Origin: Octopus sinensis
Lineage: Eukaryota
Assembly: GCF_006345805.1 (NCBI RefSeq)
Contig: NC_043000.1
Span: 29,388,001 to 29,452,000 of the forward strand
Direction: 5' to 3'
Length of the DNA stretch: 64,000 nucleotides
The notes below the pieces were generated by a model. The model saw only the letters and a program-made list of their open reading frames with translations. It had not been told where the DNA came from and did no database searches. Both the position numbers and the translations under genes were made by a program. Below, piece by piece: positions 52,160-64,000 of this stretch (the first letter of the stretch is position 1; each line of letters starts with the position of its first letter).

Positions 52160-52299
52160 CTGAAAGAGAAGACACAATATGGTCCCATTATTCAATCGGA
52201 TTTTGGTAATTTGTGCCTTTCGAAACACGTGTAGAATGAAATAAAACGATTTCTGTTCATCTGCGTTCAGCTCCATTTCTTCAATTCACCAATATGTTT

Positions 52300-52344
<45 letters not shown>

Positions 52345-52419
52345 TATATATATATAATATATATTATATATATATATATATATAAATATATATGATATAT
52401 ATAAGATATATAAAATCTA

Positions 52420-52745
52420 GGCGCAGGAGTGCTGTGTGGTAAGTAGGCTTGCTTAACAGCCAGATGCTTCCGGGGCAAGTGTCTTCTATTACAGCCCCCG
52501 GCCGACCAAAGACTTGCGAGTGGATTTGGTAGATGGAAACTGAAAGAAGCCTGTCATATATATACATGTATATGTTTGTGTGTCTGTGTTTGTCCCCTCA
52601 ACATCTCTTGACAACCGATGATGGTGTGTTTACGATAGAATATGTACTAGGTTTACAAAGAATAAGTCTTGGGGTGGATTTGCTCGACTAAAGGTGGTGC
52701 TCCAGCATGGCCGCAGTCAAAAGACGGAAACAAATAAAAGAATAA
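52420..52745 (+). mobile_element. SINE family A
   Basis: Head and tail both present, with internal deletions. Confidence 0.88.
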
Positions 52746-53437
52746 ATGAACATATATATACATGTATATATATATACACATACACACACACACATACATA
52801 TATATATAAATGTATATATATATATGTATATATAGATGCACTTATTATGTATATATATATATATATATATGCATACATACACATATAAATATAGTATCCG
52901 GCGTTGCTTTCGTACGATATAAATAGAAATATTTTCGTTAAAATTTAATGACTTAACAATATGTTAAAAATTGCCTTTCGTATGTGTTATTTCTATATAT
53001 TTTTATTATCTTATATCTAAATGTGAAGATTTTTAGGGTCCTGAGATGTTACAGGCTTTTAAGATTGCGTTTATTGAAAATGTTTGTATTTAAAATGCCC
53101 TTTTCCTGTTGCGTCTTGGTAGAGTCATTACACCAATATTAATAACACACGCACAGGTTCGATTGCACTTCTCTACTCTTAGTCAATTGGTTAGATACGT
53201 AACCAAAAAGCTGATCGATCATTGGTTTAAAGTGCTGGTTCAGCAATCAATGGATTGTTTAATTCTTTTTTCGTCGCTGTTTGTGAGCGTTACAGCAACT
53301 TAGTGACTTCTCTCGCTCCTAGGTCTAAGCATACAAATTATTCTCATTTCATTTTTTACATATACATCTTGTAATTCTAAATTGAATATACACCACCTAT
53401 AAAATAGCAATGTATTTTCCTCCTCAATACATCCCAG

Positions 53438-53476
53438 TTTACACTTCTTGATCTGCAGTTTGCTGCGCTGATGAAA
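53438..53476 (+). CDS. Candidate 39-nt exon
   Basis: ttttcctcctcaatacatcccag acceptor, GTATGT donor; FTLLDLQFAALMK. Confidence 0.2.
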
Positions 53477-53639
53477 GTATGTCTCCTTAACTCAACACGT
53501 GAGAATGCACTTAGACCACTATGAGAGAAATATGGATTTGTAAGTTCAATTCCATAAGACTCTGAGGGCCATATCTATTAAATGCATTTTGTAATAATTG
53601 TTTTAATATAATTGTACCCAATATATCCAGACTTCTTTA

Positions 53640-54112
53640 AGGCAATCAGGTGGAAGAATCGTTAACATAGCGAGCAAATCGCTTTGCGGCCCTTCGTAAG
53701 TTTTAACGTTCGAAATTCCGCCGAGGTCGACTTTGTCTTTCATCCCTTCGAGTACGATAAAATAAATACCAGTTGATTACGTGACGCTTTGAGCAAGTGT
53801 CTTCTACTATAGCCCCGGGACGACCAAATCCTTGTGAGTGGATTTCGTTGAACGAAACTGAAAGAAGCCCATCATATATATGTACACACATACACACTCA
53901 CACACATACGTACACACACACATGAATGACCATGGGATTGCACCTAGAAAGTCATCCGCCGAGGCACAAATCCGGGCAAGGTTGTTTGTGGAAGGCCAGC
54001 AGTCGCCCATGCATACAAACCTCTCTTCTCTACGTCACCGATGTTATCCAAGGGAAAGGCAAAGGGACCGATACAGCTTGGTACCAGTGACATCGCAACT
54101 CATTTCTACAGC
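53640..54112. mobile_element. Patchwork of SINE fragments: family B(+), family A(+), C-core with tail H(-)
   Basis: 53640-53775, 53785-53875 and 53920-54112 respectively. Confidence 0.7.
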
Positions 54113-54119
54113 TGAAGAT

Positions 54120-54590
54120 TTATTCTTTGTAAGCCTAGTACTTCTTCTATCAGTCTCTTTTTGCCGAAAAAGCTAAGCAACCGGAACGTAAACGCACCAA
54201 CATCTGTTGTCAAGCGATGGTGGGGGACTAGACACAGATACAAATAACACACACACACCCACACACACACACCACACACACACACACACACACACCACAC
54301 ACACACACACACACACACCACACACACACACACACACCACACACACACACACACCACATGATTATAAATAAGGGCAAAGGAAAAACATTTCTATGCCTAT
54401 ATGCTGAAAAATAAACTTTATATATATACAACGGGCTTCTTTCAGTTTCCATGTTTGGTCGGCCTGAGGGTTTGGTAGGCCTGAGGCTATAGTAGAAGAC
54501 ACTTTCCCAAGATACCACGTAGTGGAACTGAACCTAGGATCATGTGGTTGGGAAGCAAGCTTCTTACCACCCACACAGCCACTCCTATAT
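54120..54590 (-). mobile_element. SINE family A with (CA/CACCA)n core
   Basis: Head cttcttaccacccacacagccactcct; tail ttctttgtaagcctagtact. Confidence 0.85.
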
Positions 54591-55984
54591 ATATATATAT
54601 AGGAAGTTATCTAATACAAATAACATGAATTAGACGATATCGTTCCAGGTCTATTACGTACAGATTATAAAGCAACAAAACTGATTGATATAGAAACAAT
54701 AGGTACAATACATCGTATCTTCTTGTACACGGAAGATAGATTTATATTTGAATGCATCTCAATATGGGTGCTCTTCTGACATTACAGCACTATTGTGAAT
54801 GTTCCTGATTGGAAACATATCTGAAGAACTCAGGGAGCATTGAATTGCATTGAATTATTCCATTAGGGTATGATATGCATATAATTATATACCTTTTCTC
54901 TACCTGGTAACAAATACGAATATATTCTGAACATCTTACTTTTAAGCCTATTATGAATTACATATAGGTATGATGAATGCAAACATGCAAGATAACTGAT
55001 AAAGGTATATGAAGTTGATTGGATTATTTTCAAGAATAAAACACACAATCGCACACACACGCTAGTTCCATTAAAGGTATGCAATAGGTTTACTCATTGG
55101 GATAGATTTTTAATCAACACCTAGTGAAGTTTTGAATAGAATTCGCACCATTCACAATCAGAACCTCCTTAAATATAAATATAATAGTCGTTACGACGGG
55201 CAGAGTGGCCAAACAATAAGATCAGACGATGGTCAATGAAGATTATAGTTTCTTCACACTTTTATGACCTTACCCTTCGATAGAAACAAGAAGCAGGGAA
55301 GGGAGGTAACTACAGGTAAAATACTTTCAATTGGTCCACTAACCAATAATTTTCCACGACGTAAAATAAAATGAAAAGTTGTCTAAGCGTTCAGAAAAAG
55401 AATGGCTAAATAATCTTTACAATCGATCGGGTTACATCTTTTTACGCATTCTTCTCTTCTATTTTTCTTCTTTTCTTTTTCCTTTTTTTTCACCCTTTCT
55501 TCATATTTTCTTTATCGTTTGCTCTCACTTTCCCTTTTCTCTATTTCTTTATTGCAGTCTTTTTATATGAACCTCTCTATCTCCATCTTATATTTATTTC
55601 TTTGCAACAATACCTCACTCTCCGTTTTCTCTCTGTCTTTCGCTGTCTCTTTTTATATTTATTACTCTCTCTCTTCCCCCCTCTCTCTCTCTCCTTCTAT
55701 TTCTTTGTGTCTTTCTATTCATTTATTCTACCATAGTCAACTAAACTATCGCAATCGGCTGTCCAACCGTCTAAACGAAAAATTACTATATGTCGGCCAT
55801 GTTGATTGAAAGTTAGCAGCTGATACAATGATTGGCAAAATAAGATTCGAATTTATCGAATGACAACATCCAACAGAGATGGAGAGCATTCTTTATAATG
55901 AAGCTGAATTGGGAATTGAGAAGGAAAGGAAGAAACGCTAAGGTAAAAGGCAGAACGAAGCAGAACTACGGGAAAAGGAGATGA

Positions 55985-57325
<1,341 letters not shown>

Positions 57326-57409
57326 AGGGTTTACGAAAAAAAAAGACGAAGATAGGTGGTGTACAAAACAAACAGATGTATTAGTATAACGCTCAGGAAT
57401 AGAAAAAGT

Positions 57410-57445
57410 CTTTTACGTTTCGAGCCTACGCTCTTCTACAGAAAG
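57410..57445 (-). ncRNA. Hammerhead motif with A6U core change (family F2 element 57335-57510)
   Basis: Minus strand CUUU-CUGUAGA-A-GAGC(guag)GCUC-GAAAC-GUA^-AAAG. Confidence 0.62.
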
Positions 57446-57543
57446 GGACACAGAAAAAACAAGGAGAGAAACAAGGAGGGAAAAAATGTGTGTAGTGGCT
57501 ATTATTCATACGCATATAGATGATATATACGGAAAATATGACC

Positions 57544-57601
<58 letters not shown>

Positions 57602-58034
57602 ACGTGTGGCAAATAAACAAACGAACATACACTATATACACAGACGGAAAGAAGACAAAGAAGGTTACCAATTATTCAACAGTTATCGGCCAGAGGGTCA
57701 AACCTAATTTCAGCCATTATGCATACTAGCATACATATATATGCGCACATAAACATCTTCTCTAACGAGCCGTTGCGGTTAAGTAAGTACATGCAGTTTT
57801 AAACATGACAAAGGCGAGAAAATAATTCAGTTTCATTCTTTCAAATTCAAATATTTAAATTTTCTAAATTAAATTAAATTAAATTAAATTTTCTAAAATA
57901 ATCAAACTTTTTACTCTGTAGATTAGGCTGGCAATTTTGTTTATATTTCAAAAAAAAATTTTTTTAATAAAAGCTGTCATTTGTAGATCATAATATTTGA
58001 ATTATTTAAAAATATAAACAAAAGTTAATCTTTT

Positions 58035-58430
58035 TATTTTTACTTGTTTCAGTCATTAGACTGCGGCCATGCTGGGGCACCGACTTGAAGAATTTCAGTC
58101 GAATGAATCGAAACCGATATTTATATTTTGAAATTTGGCATTTATTCTGTCGGTGTCTTTGGCCGAACCACAAAATTACAGGAATGTGAACACATTAATA
58201 CCAGTTGTCAAGCAGAGGGGGGGGGGCGACAAACACAAACACACACATGCGCGCATACACACACACGTAAACGATGGGATTCTTTCAGTTTCCATCACCC
58301 AATTCAAAGAAAGGCTTTTCTTCGAAGCTATTGTAGAAGACATTTGCTCAAGGTGCCACGCAGTAGGACTGAACCCCGAACCATGTGATTGGGAAGCATG
58401 CTTCTTACCAGTTAGTCATGTTCGTGCCTA
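58035..58430 (-). mobile_element. SINE family A, diverged full copy
   Basis: Head and tail recognisable. Confidence 0.82.
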
Positions 58431-58737
58431 GACGTGAAATTCTTTATATATTTTGTGTGAATTATAATGTATCTCAGTGAAGTTCTAGATTCTCACAGAG
58501 AACATAATGTAAACATGATTTTGTATCTAGAAATTCAAATGTGGAACAACGAAGGTTTATTAATCAGCAGACATACTCAGAAGAGAGAAAATCCAAACAA
58601 TAACGTAACTATTCATTCTTAATATTCGAACATATCTGAACACTGTTGCTTTTCGTGAACATTAATCCCTTCTCCATTGAGAAGACGTGTGTTTATAGCG
58701 TACGCAATTCAAGGATTTATGGCGCGTAGGAGACACC

Positions 58738-58967
58738 TATTTCTTTGCTACCCACAAGGGGCTAAACACAGAGGGGACAAACAAGGACAGACAAGCGGGT
58801 TAAGTCGATTATATCGACCCCAGTGCGTAAATGGTACTTAATTTATCGACCCCGAAAGGATGAAAGGCAAAGTCGACCTCGGCGGAATTTGAACTCAGAA
58901 CGTAGCGGCAGACGAAATACCGCTAAGCATTTCGCCCGGCGTGCTAACGTTTCTGCCAGCTCGCCGC
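58738..58967 (-). mobile_element. SINE family B full-length young copy with 13-bp TSD
   Basis: cgtaggagacacc at 58725-58737 and 58968-58980; tRNA-like head with B box GAGTTCAAATTCC; central domain resembles the Meta-type SINE domain (from memory). Confidence 0.95.
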
Positions 58968-59394
58968 CGTAGGAGACACCATTGTATTTCGAACTTGTTT
59001 TGTGTCATTTCAGTGAAAGCTAATCCGCCGGACCGATGAATTATCTGTTTAGCGGACATCGGCATGCTTCAAAAAATTATTTATTTGCTGATTCCTATAA
59101 AGATGAGCTCCTGTTTTTCTCACAATGAAAAGATACGTTTTTGAATGAAAATATAAATTATAATCTATCTTCCATAAAATGCGACATGACATACTAAATT
59201 TCTGATGATTTGATTTTTTTAATGAGAAATAATCAATTATTTGAATCTCGGTCACCTTCTGCATAATTTTAAAAATCTTAATATTACGAAGAATTGTAGG
59301 TCATTTGCTTGATATATATGTGCAGCATAACAAGACATTTCTCAGATTAGATGCGCCATAGAAAATGATGTAGTTTCGTATTTTCCAAGGAAAT

Positions 59395-59577
59395 TTTTTT
59401 CTACTCTTGGCACAGGGCCCGAAAATTTTGTGGGAGGGGCCAGTCGATTAGATCGATCCCAGTACGCAACTAATTTATCGACCACGAAAGGTTGAAAGGC
59501 AAAGTCGACCTCAGCGGAATTTGAACTGAAAACGTAAAGACAAACGCCCGGCGTGCTAACGATTCTGCTAGCTCGCA
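59395..59577 (-). mobile_element. SINE family B, older tail
   Basis: ggcacagggcccgaaaattttg...ggcaaagtcgacctcagcgg. Confidence 0.82.
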
Positions 59578-59639
59578 CCTTATTTTCAAAGGGAAATAAG
59601 AAACCCTTTTGCTGTTATTTTTTGTGAATGCTTACAATC

Positions 59640-60030
59640 AACCGTGGAGGCTCAGTGGTTAGGGCAACTGACTCGCGGTCACAGGATCGCGGTTTCGATT
59701 CTTCAGACAGGGCGTTGTGAGGGTTTATCGAGCAAAAACACCTAAAGCTCCACGAGGCTCCGGCTGGGGAGGGGTGGAGTGGCGAACCCTGCTGTACTTT
59801 TTCACCACAACTTTCTATCACTCTTTCTTCCTGCTTTTGTTGTACCTGTATTTGAAAGGGCCAGCCTTGTCACACTCTGTATCGCGCTGAATCTCCCCCG
59901 AGAACTACGTTTAGGGTACACGTATCTGTGGAGTGCTCAACCACTTACGCGTTGATTTCACGAGCAGGTTGTTCCGTTGATCGGATCAACTGGAACCCTC
60001 GTCATAGTAACTGACGAAGTGCCACACTCC
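59640..60030 (+). mobile_element. tRNA-derived SINE: head D + tail C
   Basis: 59640-59835 aligns to 17999-18135; 59840-60025 aligns to 41385-41570. Confidence 0.82.
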
Positions 60031-60540
60031 CACAATCCACCTTTCAGCAACTTTGGCATAATTACAAAGAACTCCTGTCATTTGCAGCACAGTAACATTA
60101 CTGGCTATTGACTCGAGTGTAGTGCTGGATGGATTGAAATATTTTGGCAAGATCGCATACCAATATTTAGTCAAAGGTTACAAACGATAATGAGTTAAAC
60201 TTATTACCGGCCTATCCAGGTGTGATTACAGTTTTCCTCTCTAATATTCCATTATAGAGCATAATATATGCCTGTCTCGTTAACAAATGGACAGAAAAAC
60301 CATGTTGAAATACGGAAGATCAGATTAAAGACGAAACTGCAATTTCTTCAGCACTAATTAAAAAATAAAAATAAAAAAAGAAAAATTTCACTTCTCTCTG
60401 CCTGGCTCAGACTCAACAAACTGTCAAGATCAACTCGAAATGAATAATTGGTTCTAACAGTGTGTGTTTAGAAGTGTTTTCTTCAACTTTTTGCTGGAGA
60501 AATGTCAAAGGCAGAAAATTCAAAATGGTGAACTAGCTAA

Positions 60541-60620
60541 TACATGTATGTATGCATATGTACATTAATGTATATATGTATGCATATACATATATACATA
60601 TGCATATACATATATACATA

Positions 60621-60717
<97 letters not shown>

Positions 60718-60727
60718 CATATATGCA

Positions 60728-60780
<53 letters not shown>

Positions 60781-62130
60781 ATTATTGATATCATAAGAAT
60801 TTATCAACTTCGTAAGAACATGAAATGATGATTCTTTTGGAACGGGGAATATTAAAGTAAATAATTCTATAAATACTAACGTGTAAACATTGAATTTCAA
60901 AAGTTTTAGATAAAGAACGGTCAAAGGCAGCCTTCAATATTTTCTATCCAAAAGGCTTTTAAATCAAATATTTACACAGGATTATTTATATTTATACCTT
61001 TATCTGCTTTGAGTTTCACCACACACGCACATATACACACACACATATACACACGCACATACACACATGCCCACAAACTTACACACGTACATACACATAC
61101 AAACACACACTCGCACATGTACGCACACATACCGCTCACACACACAACACACACTCATACAGACACGCACACAATTACACACACATGGCCATAGACACAC
61201 ACGCACATACATGCACACACGTACATACACGCACACACGCACATACATGCATACACGCACATACATGCACACACGCACGTAAGCACACGCACGTAAGCAC
61301 ACGCAAGCATACACACACACAACCCAACGCACACATGCGTACACAAACTCAAATACACACACATACATATACATACACACACGCACGGGCACATACACAC
61401 GCGCACTTCCACACATACGCGCACACAAATGCACGCGCACCACACGCACATGAATGCACAAACCCCTAACACTCACAAACCCACGCATACACTATACACA
61501 CCCGCATTCACACATACACTCACACATATACACACGCCCACATACACGCGCACACAACAACACGCACGTACACATACACACGCACACACACACATGTGCA
61601 CACCCAAAATACACACGCACACGCAAATGAACCCACACATACCTCCCAGACACACGCATCACACACTTATACATTCAAGCACACAATTATACATACGTGG
61701 ACACACACACGCTCATACACTCACACACACACGCACATACACACAGACATAACCCCACACATAACTTCATGCATACACACACGTACACGCACATATACAC
61801 ACACGCACACAGAGACACACACTGCACACAAAACATACACACACACAACATATACATACACATACACACATACTTCAAACTACCAGTTAAACACCTTTCT
61901 ACTGACCATTCTTCTCCGCACATGTGAAGGGAGTCACGCAACAGGGACTCCTACCAAAATTCTTACTATAAATTCTTCCTACGACATTAAGCAACACAAA
62001 GTCCAACCACACACATACATAAATTGCCACAACCACACACACCCATACGCACATACGCGTGCTATCATTACACACACTCACACACACACAGACCTGTTGC
62101 CATGCACATACCCATACATACCCACACATA
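60541..62130. repeat. (TA)n tract and ~1.1-kb degenerate CA/CG-rich simple repeat
   Basis: Direct inspection. Confidence 0.88.
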
Positions 62131-62204
62131 CCTCTTTCTCTTGCACTCTCCTGTCTTAGAAATAACTTTTTCTTCACCCATTCCCTTCCAGCCATTTCAA
62201 TAAG

Positions 62205-62445
62205 TGACCGCGTGTGTATCGTTGGCGATTTTCTTTCTTCGTCTTCCTGTCTTTGAACGTTTTCTATATTTCTGATGAAACGTGAAATTCTCTTTCTTTT
62301 CTTTCTTTTCCCGAGCGTCCAATAACACAGTAGTTGTACCACGTCATCATGTTGTTGTTTTTGATTGCTTGTTATTGGACACTCAGGAAAAGAAAGAAAA
62401 GAAAGAGGATTTCACGTTTCGAGCGGAGCTCCTCATCAGAAATAT
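62205..62445. mobile_element. Family F hammerhead element folded back on itself
   Basis: 62266-62326 inverted against 62371-62445. Confidence 0.8.
62409..62443 (-). ncRNA. Hammerhead motif with non-canonical GUG triplet
   Basis: Minus strand AUUU-CUGAUGA-G-GAGC(ucc)GCUC-GAAAC-GUG-AAAU. Confidence 0.65.
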
Positions 62446-62450
62446 GAAGG

Positions 62451-62864
62451 TACTAGCAGCACAGCCCGGCGTTTCCCGGGTATGTTTAGAGCCCCTAGTA
62501 GGCAACGACTAATCCCAATCTAGTTCTTTCCCTCTAGGGAACGAAGGCGCATGTGTAGGTTGCAATGTCTTCTCTTCACTCGAATACTTCTATGTATACG
62601 ATGTTCCTAGCTGTCTCCCGACAGAAAAAGTGTTGCATATAAAAAGCTTAGATTCTCGTCCCCATGTCGAATTTATCGATTTTTTTCAGAACTGGGGGAA
62701 CTTTTCAAAATTTTTGCTGCGTTAGTTTTGAATTATGACATTGGGCTATGTGTGTGTCAAGTTTCATCAGAATCGGTTGAAAGCCGTGGTCAGGGTGAGG
62801 GTACAACCTGACAGCCACACAGACACACAGACACACAAACTGCCGTTTATATATATATAGAGAT
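62451..62864 (+). mobile_element. Non-autonomous Helitron-like element, same termini as 15747-16130
   Basis: tactagcagcacagcccggcgtt start; ~200-bp shared 3' block. Confidence 0.7.
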
Positions 62865-62865
62865 T

Positions 62866-63490
62866 AAGGAGTCTTCAAGGAAGTGTGTAAAAGCTGGACT
62901 GACGAAAAGAAGGTACGTCTTCTTTTAAGAAAATTATCACTAGCAGAATAAGTTTTATAATTACACCTTGCCGAGAAAAACCATCCAAAATTTGTTTCGA
63001 GGAAACAATTAAGCTATTATCTAAAATATTCCGTGAAAGAAGTTCACTATTTAATATTCACTGGGAGAGTTTGAATTGGAAAACAAAAAATTCGTCACGG
63101 ATGCCGGAATCGTAAATGGAGAATGTGAAAAGTTTAAACTCGACGAATTAAGCCCGGACATGTTTAAATGTTTAATCTTCGTACAAGGATTAACAGCAAA
63201 TATACAGAGAAAAGGGCTCGAATATTGACAAAGCTTGAATAAGATTCAAAACTAACCCCCTAAAAATAGTGGTTGAAGAATGCCAAAGGATTATAAATCT
63301 ACGACAGGACGCAGAAAAATTTGAAAAAGATTATTCAAATATACATACGTATTGACCGGTAAGAGATGCAAAAAAAAGAAAACCAATAGTCAAGACCCAA
63401 ATCATGTTATAGATGTGGAGAATTACATTTCAAAAGAAACTGTCCTTTTAAGAAACTAAAATGTTTTGGATGAGGAGACGCAATCTGCAC
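62866..63490 (+). mobile_element. Ty3/Gypsy gag pseudogene fragment with zinc knuckle
   Basis: WTDEKKVRLLLRKL, FEETIKLLSKIF, VNGECEKFKL...FKCLIFVQGL, EECQRIINLRQD, CYRCGELHFKRNCPF; several frameshifts and stops. Confidence 0.82.
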
Positions 63491-64000
63491 CTGTGTTGCA
63501 GGACTATTTTTTGTACAATATTTTACCTGTGAGGTACGAATGCAGGTGAGTCGAAACATTTGAAGTGGATTTGAATAAAGAATTTCATGAATTCTATTTT
63601 CTGTCTCTGATCTATTTATATAAACCCTACGGACACCAAGGAATTCATGAAGTAAATCACTACCACTGATTTTTAACATCAGATAGCCAATAACTGGGAG
63701 CGTACTTAACGCAACATACTACAAGGTTTATTATACCCGAATATAATTATGTATGCATGTATGTCTACCCTAACAGAGTTTACTACAATCATGCGGACGA
63801 GATGTCCTATTTATCTCTCTCTCTTTCTCCTAAAAGATTTGAAGCGTCCTGGGAAACGATAATGGATTCGGTATTTACAACTTCGCCTACATAAATCAAT
63901 TGTATACTATATTGATGAATAGACAATCATGTCCCATGGAAATTACCCAGGAATTAAATTTTGGATTCACCTCTTAGGAATAACATCTTTTGATTTCTTT

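Noticed and set aside
59986-60174. Minus-strand 62-aa ORF or exon
   Set aside because: Weak donor, overlaps a SINE end, and no recognisable product.
61930-62015. RTE reverse-transcriptase snippet LLNVVGRIYSK on the minus strand
   Set aside because: Too short to call confidently.

Overview
AT-rich, extremely repeat-dense animal genomic DNA, most likely from an octopus (inferred from the SINE families and microsatellite load, not proven). It reads as intronic or intergenic, has one 100-N gap, and contains no complete host gene. Most of the supplied ORF track is microsatellite translation. Recognisable content includes dozens of tRNA-derived SINE copies in at least four head types, several nested or in tandem. 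There are non-LTR retroelement fragments (RTE, CR1/L2, R4/Dong, HERO-like, Penelope-like), a Ty3/Gypsy gag remnant, Tc1/mariner remnants and MITEs, and Helitron-like elements. The most notable unexplained signal is about ten minimal type I hammerhead ribozyme motifs (CUGANGA...GAAA with covarying stems). Two of them form the tail of an element built as tRNA-like Pol III head + (TAA)n + hammerhead, found twice in fold-back arrangement. This is a candidate ribozyme-bearing SINE mobilised by Penelope-like elements. A few isolated candidate exons have good splice signals but are low confidence.
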